In this document: one piece after another, positions 10,738 through 16,996 of the stretch | Layout: every line of letters starts with the position of its first letter | Numbering within the stretch: position 1 is the stretch's first letter | Translations under genes and position numbers: made by a program | IMG/VR virus record: IMGVR_UViG_3300011339_000722 | Location: 1 to 26,081 of that record | DNA length: 26,081 bases | DNA from: a virus | Lineage: Duplodnaviria; Caudoviricetes | Direction: 5' to 3' (one strand) | The notes under the pieces: model-generated | What the model was told of the DNA's origin: nothing | The model's database searches: none | The model's input: the letters and a program-made list of their open reading frames with translations, nothing else

Positions 10738-10743
10738 TAAATT

Positions 10744-11202
10744 TTAAAATAATGTTCTGTTTATTCTTTTGTAAGTGTAATATCCTAATCCAATAAGCAA
10801 CAAAATTAAAAGCCACCACCAATTATTTGATTTCTTGTCGATGTCTTTTTTTACCATCTCTATTTTTACGCTTTTTTTAACTGTGGTTTCAATTGAGGCT
10901 TTTTCAGACACTTTTATTTTTGTGGTATCTACTAACACCTTTTTTGTTTTTTTGTGTCTTATCTTTACGTTTTTGTACGTTATTCCATTCACAATCATAG
11001 GAATTGTATCAGATACCGGACTTATCTCAATTTCATCAGTATCTGTAACAACACTAATGTGATTATCTTGAGTAGTAACTACTTCTTGTTTTGTTACTGA
11101 AGTACTGTCTGATTTAATTACAGTATCTATTTTGTCTATGTTTACCTTCCTTGCTCCACAAGAAGTTAATATTAAAAAAGAAAGTATTAGTATTTTTTTC
11201 AT
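10744..11202 (-). CDS. Lipoprotein with C-terminal TM helix, candidate unimolecular spanin
   Basis: Start at ATG 11202: MKKILILSFLILTS-C lipobox, beta-rich middle, WWWLLILLLIGLGYY anchor. Located in the lysis cassette. Confidence 0.7.
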   Translation of the reverse strand: MKKILILSFLILTSCGARKVNIDKIDTVIKSDSTSVTKQEVVTTQDNHISVVTDTDEIEISPVSDTIPMIVNGITYKNVKIRHKKTKKVLVDTTKIKVSEKASIETTVKKSVKIEMVKKDIDKKSNNWWWLLILLLIGLGYYTYKRINRTLF

Positions 11203-11702
11203 TAGTCTTTTATTTGAAAGTGCATCCATTTTTTATTTTTACTTTTTACCCTATAATATATTGTACTTATCAATATGTTTAATTCTCTACTAGCTTCTGA
11301 GTATCCATTATATTCAATACCATTGCATATTATTTTTACACTTCTATTATGTTCTTTTCCAAATTTACCTTTAAATAAGCTACTTACTGTTTGTTTTTTT
11401 AATCCTAATAAATAAGCGTGTTTACAATTTTCACTTCTTGTACACCATTCTAAATTATCTAATTTAATATTTAATTTATTACCATCTTTATGATTTACAT
11501 TTTTTTTACCATCAACCAAAGGTAAAAAACCAAAAGCAAGAGCTCTGTGAATAAAATATCCTTTATTTTTAATGTTTAAAAAATAATAACCACTATTAGA
11601 AATAGTAGTTTTTAATATTTTATTAAAAGGACTTTTAACTTGCCCTTCAATATTTATCAAATAACCATTTGGCAAATACTCTGTTTGTATAAATTTTTCC
11701 AT
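11202..11702 (-). mobile_element. Free-standing HNH homing endonuclease gene (I-HmuI-like)
   Basis: IHRALA..F, VNHKDGNKLN, NLEWCTRSEN motifs and a C-terminal HTH (SEASRELNI). ATG at 11702. Confidence 0.85.
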
Positions 11703-11796
11703 ATACAAATATACAAAAATATTATATATGCTTATAGGTTATTTTTAAAAATTCATAACTTATTGATTTTCAACTCTTTACCTGAAAGTGCATCCA
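11215..11796. repeat. 14-bp direct repeat TGAAAGTGCATCCA at 11215-11228 and 11783-11796
   Basis: Exact copies 568 bp apart. Both lie in the WMHFQ-coding stretch at the ends of the HNH and endolysin genes. Confidence 0.9.
11706..11713 (-). promoter_or_regulatory. -7 promoter box TATATTTG for the HNH gene (near-leaderless)
   Basis: TATATTTG-TAT-ATG on the minus strand. Confidence 0.55.
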
Positions 11797-12234
11797 ATCA
11801 AAATTCTTTTCTCTACCCAATGACTCAAATCCGTGTTTATAGAAGATGTCAATCATTGGCTTATATTCAGGTCGTGCAAATCGTGCAGTCTTTGATGTTT
11901 CTTTTAGTTTATTTCTTCCCGGATCCAAATCAACTGCTATTCCCCAAGCATGCATTGACCAAGCAGAACCACCTCTCATTTTTCGGTAGTTGAAACAACC
12001 ACCAAATAAATCAATGCCTAGCTCTCTGATTTTTTTAAAACCATACTCAGCTAATATATCTGTAAATGCTGCTTTAAACTTATCAGCTACTAATTTATGA
12101 CACATCATTGTAGTTACTGTGGTGTCAGTGTCCCAAGCAAGACGCATAGGGTATGGAAGTTGAATCTTTACTAAATAATTAACCCCTGTTTCATTAGGGG
12201 TTCCATATTTTTTAATAATCTGTTGCGTTGTCAT
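11770..12234 (-). CDS. Endolysin, peptidase M15 (L-Ala-D-Glu type)
   Basis: 154 aa. YR...[10 protein letters not shown] and DWMHFQ Zn-binding motifs; coupled to the holin. Confidence 0.9.
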   Translation of the reverse strand: MTTQQIIKKYGTPNETGVNYLVKIQLPYPMRLAWDTDTTVTTMMCHKLVADKFKAAFTDILAEYGFKKIRELGIDLFGGCFNYRKMRGGSAWSMHAWGIAVDLDPGRNKLKETSKTARFARPEYKPMIDIFYKHGFESLGREKNFDWMHFQVKS

Positions 12235-12665
12235 TCTTTTAAGTCGTCTATATTTGATTTAATTTCTTTTGCCCTTAAAAATACTTTTTTAAGAAGTTTC
12301 CAAATGTCAATTTTAAAAGTCTCTTCGATGTTCTCTTTTATAGATACCAACTCTACAAAAATTAAAAGTATAGCACATATTTTTGTAAACATATATGTTA
12401 TTCCAAATGACCTAATTATAAATTCATTCAAAACATACTTATCGATAACGAATAGAAATAAAATACATACTTCATATAACGCCATCTTTGATATTATATT
12501 TGATAATATTCTGCTACGAATACTACTCCAACCTTTTAATTTTACACTTTTAAATATTCCTGTAAAAGTGTCTAGCACTATTGCTGCAGCTACAGCTATT
12601 AAAAGACCTTGTATTGGCACAAATAATAATACTATTGATGACAATATATAATTGATATATTTCAT
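12231..12665 (-). CDS. Holin (phage holin 4-like)
   Basis: 144 aa, 3 TM segments, LDTFTGI and ELVSIKENI motifs, charged C-terminal tail. Confidence 0.85.
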   Translation of the reverse strand: MKYINYILSSIVLLFVPIQGLLIAVAAAIVLDTFTGIFKSVKLKGWSSIRSRILSNIISKMALYEVCILFLFVIDKYVLNEFIIRSFGITYMFTKICAILLIFVELVSIKENIEETFKIDIWKLLKKVFLRAKEIKSNIDDLKE

Positions 12666-12799
12666 TATCTTCCCTGACCTCTGTACGCTTTCACGTAGTT
12701 CTTACTCGTTTTAAGGGTACTCGTTTTTGTTTTAGATGCTACACCTGACTTTTTTGGTTTAGCTTGATAAGCACTCTCTTGCTGTTTAATCTTTGCCAT
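12665..12799 (-). CDS. 44-aa basic protein ending YRGQGR
   Basis: Hand translation MAKIKQQESAYQAKPKKSG...KNYVKAYRGQGR; fills the gap exactly and is TAATG-coupled. Confidence 0.75.
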   Translation of the reverse strand: MAKIKQQESAYQAKPKKSGVASKTKTSTLKTSKNYVKAYRGQGR

Positions 12800-12800
12800 C

Positions 12801-13286
12801 TTACCAAAGAGCTATAACATTAGTAGCTGAAGTTGATGTGCTTCTCAATCTTAATGCCTGAATAGGTAGTGTTGTTCCTGCAGGTACTGCAAAAAAAGTA
12901 GCTATATCTCCACCAATTGTAACAACAGATACATTACCTGCCCCTCCAATATATAAATTACATCCCGGATTGCCTAATCCTGTTTGTGGAGATGCTTGAT
13001 AAATAGTATATAGTTTAGCTGTTGCTGTAAAAATATTTGCGTTTAAAGTAAGTTGAGTCTCACTGTCTACAGATACCACAGTTGCGGCAGTTTCGTCTGT
13101 ATCATTATGAACAATATCTCCTGTTTTAATGTTATTGGTAATAAATAATCCTGTAGAATCAATCAACTTAGATGCCGTTGCCGTTGTATTTGTTCCTGTT
13201 TCAATTACTGTAGGAAAAGGTATATCTGCATTATCTGATTTATGAGTTCTTAATGCTCTTGAAAATGTTGTTTTGAATACTGACAT
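12801..13286 (-). CDS. Head spike base-like protein (RcGTA Rcc01079-type C-terminal domain)
   Basis: LYIGGAGNVSV...TFFAVPAGTTLPI...TSATNVIALW motif plus an extra N-terminal beta domain. Confidence 0.7.
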   Translation of the reverse strand: MSVFKTTFSRALRTHKSDNADIPFPTVIETGTNTTATASKLIDSTGLFITNNIKTGDIVHNDTDETAATVVSVDSETQLTLNANIFTATAKLYTIYQASPQTGLGNPGCNLYIGGAGNVSVVTIGGDIATFFAVPAGTTLPIQALRLRSTSTSATNVIALW

Positions 13287-13291
13287 TATTT

Positions 13292-13468
13292 CTAATTTTT
13301 GTTATATAATATTTTGTTTACTAATAAGTTTGGATCGTTTAACTTTTCTTTTCTTGCGTTACAACCGCATTCTTTCCCTGATTTTTTAGCAACAAACTCA
13401 ACGGCCTTTTTAATCCCTGTAGCTGCAGTTACTTTCTCAATTGTGTCTCCTAATCCTTGTGATTTCAT
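13292..13468 (-). CDS. 58-aa protein with GLGD / CGC motifs
   Basis: Hand translation MKSQGLGDTIEKVTAATGIKK...ECGCNARKEKLN; TAG stop. Confidence 0.75.
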   Translation of the reverse strand: MKSQGLGDTIEKVTAATGIKKAVEFVAKKSGKECGCNARKEKLNDPNLLVNKILYNKN

Positions 13469-13480
13469 TTTGTAAAGATA

Positions 13481-13819
13481 TTAAATTTTTGAAACTTTTT
13501 TACCCATGCCTACTTTTGTTTTCTCCGCTTTCTTAGCGGCTAATTTTGAAGGACTTATCTCAGATATTGTCTTTGGTGTTTTTGATGACACCTTAATTTT
13601 TGGTCGGCAGTATTCATTCTTACCACCTGCGCCACAAGCCTTGCCTGTTCTTGTATCTGTCCATTTCTCTGCCTGCCATCTTTTTAATGATGTGCCCTCT
13701 TCAGTCTTTCTTACAGTACCCGAGCCTTTCCGACATTTAGCAATCGCTTGAGAAGCTCTTGCCGATGGAAAAACATCATACTGAGCCTTTACTTTCTTAT
13801 AACACGCATCTTTTGGCAT
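13481..13819 (-). CDS. Basic Cys-containing phage protein
   Basis: 112 aa: DACYKKVK..PSA.AS...KCRK and LKRW..EKW...TGKACG...YCRP, a motif set I recognise from other phages. Confidence 0.75.
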   Translation of the reverse strand: MPKDACYKKVKAQYDVFPSARASQAIAKCRKGSGTVRKTEEGTSLKRWQAEKWTDTRTGKACGAGGKNEYCRPKIKVSSKTPKTISEISPSKLAAKKAEKTKVGMGKKVSKI

Positions 13820-13926
13820 TACTTTTTCTTTATAGGTGGTTTTACATTTCCTTTTAGAAACTTCATCTTACCATCTAATGATTTCTTAGACTCGTATTGT
13901 TTTGCTTTTGCAATTACTTTCTTCAT
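13819..13926 (-). CDS. 35-aa Lys-rich peptide
   Basis: Hand translation MKKVIAKAKQYESKKSLDGKMKFLKGNVKPPIKKK; fills the gap and is TAATG-coupled. Confidence 0.65.
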   Translation of the reverse strand: MKKVIAKAKQYESKKSLDGKMKFLKGNVKPPIKKK

Positions 13927-13928
13927 AG

Positions 13929-14270
13929 TTAATTTTTTTTATATTCTCCTTCAGACCATTTTGCTGCGTTTTGTTCACTTTTAAATTTATAAAGTTCTCC
14001 TCTTGCTTTTGCTGTATCAATAGCTTCTTTACCTTTTAATTCAATCCAATCTTTAGGATCATGAGACTGAGTACCTTTTCTATCTCTTGGATATACAGTA
14101 GGATAAGCTATAGCACCATTATCTGTTGTAGAATATGCCATTCTATGACTAGATCTTGTGCCATCTTCATTTTGACGATATTGCCCTTTTACCTTTTCCC
14201 ATCTTTTGGCTTTTTGACGAAGTTCATCTTTTGGTTTTTCTTGAGGCGGTATAATTTTTAAATTTCCCAT
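13929..14270 (-). CDS. Hypothetical phage protein
   Basis: 113 aa with NEDGTRSSHRMA..YPTV motif; tight operon spacing. Confidence 0.75.
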   Translation of the reverse strand: MGNLKIIPPQEKPKDELRQKAKRWEKVKGQYRQNEDGTRSSHRMAYSTTDNGAIAYPTVYPRDRKGTQSHDPKDWIELKGKEAIDTAKARGELYKFKSEQNAAKWSEGEYKKN

Positions 14271-14273
14271 AAC

Positions 14274-14564
14274 TTAGTACTTTCCTCTACGGTTACTAGG
14301 ATTACTTGTGGTAGAACCTCCCGGCCCTGCCCATAGATTTTTACATGCCCAATATCTTGGGGTTAGTTTATCATTTGCTGTATCACAACTATGTCTTGCC
14401 TTAAAACTCTTACGAGCTGCAGCACTATAATTGTTACCATAGCCTTTAGCTCCGAAGTGGAGGAGTTTCTCTGTTCCTCCACTACAAGCTTTTACCATTT
14501 TTTTCTTTCCCGGTCTATCTGATGGGACAGGTCGGTTGCATTGCATTTTAGACTTGTCAGCCAT
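14274..14564 (-). CDS. Basic viral protein (DUF5754-like)
   Basis: 96 aa with HFGAKGY...RKSFKARH...RYWAC..LW motif. Confidence 0.65.
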   Translation of the reverse strand: MADKSKMQCNRPVPSDRPGKKKMVKACSGGTEKLLHFGAKGYGNNYSAAARKSFKARHSCDTANDKLTPRYWACKNLWAGPGGSTTSNPSNRRGKY

Positions 14565-14567
14565 GGC

Positions 14568-14696
14568 TTATTGTCTAAATGCTCTTGTATTATGTCCCGG
14601 ATCTTGAGCTGTCTCTACAACAGGAGTCTCATCTACTACAACTGTAGTCTCTACAACTGTAGTTTCTTCTACAGTATCTTCTTTTTTCTTTGCCAT
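14568..14696 (-). CDS. 42-aa peptide with acidic V/E/T repeats
   Basis: Hand translation MAKKKEDTVEETTVVETTVVVDETPVVETAQDPGHNTRAFRQ; fills the gap exactly. Confidence 0.65.
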   Translation of the reverse strand: MAKKKEDTVEETTVVETTVVVDETPVVETAQDPGHNTRAFRQ

Positions 14697-14697
14697 C

Positions 14698-14883
14698 TTA
14701 ATCACAATAAGGTTTATTACTTTTCATTCCTTTTCCTTTAGCGATATTCAGAACTTTTTGAACAGTTCCTTTACCGCTACCTGACATACCACCTGCTATT
14801 TTCACTGAAATTCTAGTGTTGTCGGTTGTACTTGGTCCTTGCAAACGAGCTGAACCCGGCAAGTTTGGTGTATCTTTAGCCAT
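14698..14883 (-). CDS. 61-aa basic protein with TPxLP N-terminus
   Basis: Begins MAKDTPNLPGSARLQGP; TAATG-coupled. Confidence 0.7.
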   Translation of the reverse strand: MAKDTPNLPGSARLQGPSTTDNTRISVKIAGGMSGSGKGTVQKVLNIAKGKGMKSNKPYCD

Positions 14884-15005
14884 TATTTCTTCTTCATTGA
14901 AGGTTTAACCATTCCTTTCATAGCTCCTTTCATAGCAGTTTTTGTTGCTGCAGCAGGTGCTTTCAATTTTGATGATGCCGGTAATTTTGGTGTTGATTTT
15001 TTCAT
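14883..15005 (-). CDS. 40-aa Lys/Ala/Met-rich peptide with TPxLP N-terminus
   Basis: Hand translation MKKSTPKLPASSKLKAPAAATKTAMKGAMKGMVKPSMKKK. Confidence 0.65.
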   Translation of the reverse strand: MKKSTPKLPASSKLKAPAAATKTAMKGAMKGMVKPSMKKK

Positions 15006-15025
15006 TTTTGTTTAATATTTAGTTG

Positions 15026-15295
15026 TTATTTTTTTACTCTTTTTGCAACTGTTTCAGTTGTTGGTCTATAGTATTGTTTACCCAACGTGTTTTTTAAAGA
15101 TGCCAAGCCTTGAAGCTTTCCTGCGCCTGTATTAGTTTTTCTCTCTACCTTAGTTTTTTCTGCGGCTCTTTGTTCTCTCTTAGCCTTCAATCTAGCAACT
15201 GATGCAGCTTGAAGTTCATCCAATGCATTTACCGGCGTTGTAACCATCGGTGTTCTTGCTAATGGAGTGTCTCTATTTTCTTTTTTATCTGCCAT
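15026..15295 (-). CDS. DTPL-tag family protein 4
   Basis: 89 aa, NRDTPLARTP near the N-terminus. Confidence 0.75.
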   Translation of the reverse strand: MADKKENRDTPLARTPMVTTPVNALDELQAASVARLKAKREQRAAEKTKVERKTNTGAGKLQGLASLKNTLGKQYYRPTTETVAKRVKK

Positions 15296-15297
15296 GA

Positions 15298-15519
15298 CTA
15301 TTGTTGTTGAGCCTGTTGTTGAGCCTGTTGAGCTGCTTTGGAAGCTGCCTTGGCAGCAGCCATCTCAGATATTTGTCTTATAGCTGCATCAGCAGTAGCT
15401 TGAAATTTATTCGAAGGCATTGATCCCAATTGATTATTAGGTTGCAATCCTGTGCTAACAGGCATCGGCTCCGGTGTAGCCGCTAATGGAGTATCAGGTC
15501 TTTTAATATTTGTTTTCAT
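15298..15519 (-). CDS. DTPL-tag family protein 3
   Basis: 73 aa, KRPDTPLAATPEP; Gln/Ala tail. Confidence 0.75.
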   Translation of the reverse strand: MKTNIKRPDTPLAATPEPMPVSTGLQPNNQLGSMPSNKFQATADAAIRQISEMAAAKAASKAAQQAQQQAQQQ

Positions 15520-15524
15520 ATTAT

Positions 15525-15782
15525 TTATTTAACATAATCAGATGGCTTAATTCCATCTGAACCACTTATTGAAGATGGTTTTCTGTTTAATCTCTCTCTA
15601 GCTTCTTTAGCTAATTTTTCAGCTTTTTTCTCAGCTTCTCTTTTTTCTACCCTTTCTGTCAAACTACCACCTGTATTTCTTCCTGCTTGTATTGCAACCT
15701 GTGTTTGTAAATACAATGGTGTTGGCTCAGGCGTATTAGCTAACGGATAATCTCTATTTGTTTTTTTTGGTTTTTCTTGCAT
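15525..15782 (-). CDS. DTPL-tag family protein 2
   Basis: 85 aa, MQEKPKKTNRDYPLANTPEP. Confidence 0.75.
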   Translation of the reverse strand: MQEKPKKTNRDYPLANTPEPTPLYLQTQVAIQAGRNTGGSLTERVEKREAEKKAEKLAKEARERLNRKPSSISGSDGIKPSDYVK

Positions 15783-15784
15783 GG

Positions 15785-16072
15785 TTATTTTTTTTTAATA
15801 GCGTTTTGACCTTCCCATCTACCTTTTTCAACGTATTCGTTTGTGCCTTCGTATTTTTTACGTAAATCTGAAACTTTACTTCCCTTTAAACCTTTTTTAA
15901 ATCCTAATCTGTAATCAGCACTGTCTTTAGCGGTAGAAAGGGTTTTTGTATCTCTTCCCTCTGCATTATTTACAGCAGTTCTTGCTAATCCTAAATTTTT
16001 ATAAGTAACGTTAGGCTCAGGTGTTGCAGCTAAAGGAGTATCGGGTCTTTTTGATTTTGGTTTTTCTTGCAT
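15785..16072 (-). CDS. DTPL-tag family protein 1
   Basis: 95 aa, MQEKPKSKRPDTPLAATPEP. Confidence 0.75.
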   Translation of the reverse strand: MQEKPKSKRPDTPLAATPEPNVTYKNLGLARTAVNNAEGRDTKTLSTAKDSADYRLGFKKGLKGSKVSDLRKKYEGTNEYVEKGRWEGQNAIKKK

Positions 16073-16091
16073 GATTATTATTTTTAATTAA

Positions 16092-16110
16092 TAACTTTGT
16101 AGCAAATATA
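16092..16110. promoter_or_regulatory. Bidirectional promoter: TAACTTTG (+, 16092-16099) and TATATTTG (-, 16103-16110)
   Basis: Two TAnnTTTG boxes facing each other 3 bp apart in the 52-bp gap between divergent genes. Confidence 0.7.
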
Positions 16111-16124
16111 TAAAAAAAAATCAA

Positions 16125-16562
16125 ATGAAATCAAATCAAGACGATTACATGAAATATTGGAGAGTAATTCGCCAATTTGCAAAAGTTAAATACGAACTAA
16201 CTCAGTCAGACCTTGACATGATGTTTTTCCTATACTCTGAAAAATATTTTGATAGAGCAAAGTTTGCAGAGTTCGATACCCTACTAGATTGGGATATGAA
16301 TAGGTTTGAGAGCCTAAGGAAAAGAGGTTGGATTGAAGTTTTCAAAATGGGAACTAGAAAGGCTACATACAAACTCTCAATCAAAGCCACAAGAGTAATT
16401 CAGTCCCTGTATAGAAAACTAAGTGGGGAAGAAATCCCCACTAGTAATTCATTTAATAGAATGTTTTTAAAGAATGTGTCATATACCGATAAAGTGTATC
16501 GCGATATGATCATCAAGATGAACGAAACTATAAAACAACGACGACATCAGTCTCCCGAATAA
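16125..16562 (+). CDS. Winged-helix (MarR-like) DNA-binding protein
   Basis: 145 aa: YELTQSDLDMMFFL...LRKRGWI...YKLSIKA. The only plus-strand gene in the late arm. Confidence 0.65.
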   Translation: MKSNQDDYMKYWRVIRQFAKVKYELTQSDLDMMFFLYSEKYFDRAKFAEFDTLLDWDMNRFESLRKRGWIEVFKMGTRKATYKLSIKATRVIQSLYRKLSGEEIPTSNSFNRMFLKNVSYTDKVYRDMIIKMNETIKQRRHQSPE

Positions 16563-16785
16563 TCGTACACTGCTCTCCGTTGATTAGCATTGTGAAACTA
16601 TGGCTTTTGTCATAGTATATCTCATCGTCTTTCTTTATGTTTAACACATCAGTACCTGATGCCAAAACAATAGCGCGTTTGTATCTGAATTGATTCGCAT
16701 CTTCGGCAGATAGTATCATGCCCGATTGTGTTTTCAATTCTTCTTCAACTATTTTGATAACTATAAATTTCCCTATTGGTTGCAT
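16528..16785 (-). CDS. groES: Co-chaperonin GroES
   Basis: 85 aa: MQPIGKFIVI, mobile loop KTQSGMIL, IIRETDVV. Confidence 0.85.
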   Translation of the reverse strand: MQPIGKFIVIKIVEEELKTQSGMILSAEDANQFRYKRAIVLASGTDVLNIKKDDEIYYDKSHSFTMLINGEQCTIIRETDVVVVL

Positions 16786-16787
16786 AG

Positions 16788-16988
16788 TTAGTCGTTTATA
16801 AATTCAATTCTTGAATCCAAGGCATAAAGATACAATTCCATTGCATTGAACTGATTTATCAATAAAATTCTATTGATATTTGTCAGCTCATCGAACTTGG
16901 GATTGTTGTCAATAAAGTCCTTTAGCTTTGATGTCTTTTCTGCTAAGTCTGCCTTTTCTTTTTCTAATTTTTCAATAAGTGTACTCAT
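16788..16988 (-). CDS. Helical-hairpin protein (crAss001_48-related-like)
   Basis: 66 aa with EK..L..K..KL..FI...LL..Q..AM..Y...L..RI pattern. Confidence 0.65.
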   Translation of the reverse strand: MSTLIEKLEKEKADLAEKTSKLKDFIDNNPKFDELTNINRILLINQFNAMELYLYALDSRIEFIND

Positions 16989-16996
16989 TTTGTTTG

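Noticed and set aside
11202-11800. Group I intron in the endolysin gene
   Set aside because: Only about 65 nt of non-coding sequence, too little for a ribozyme core. The endolysin is complete without splicing, and the junctions do not fit the U/G rule.
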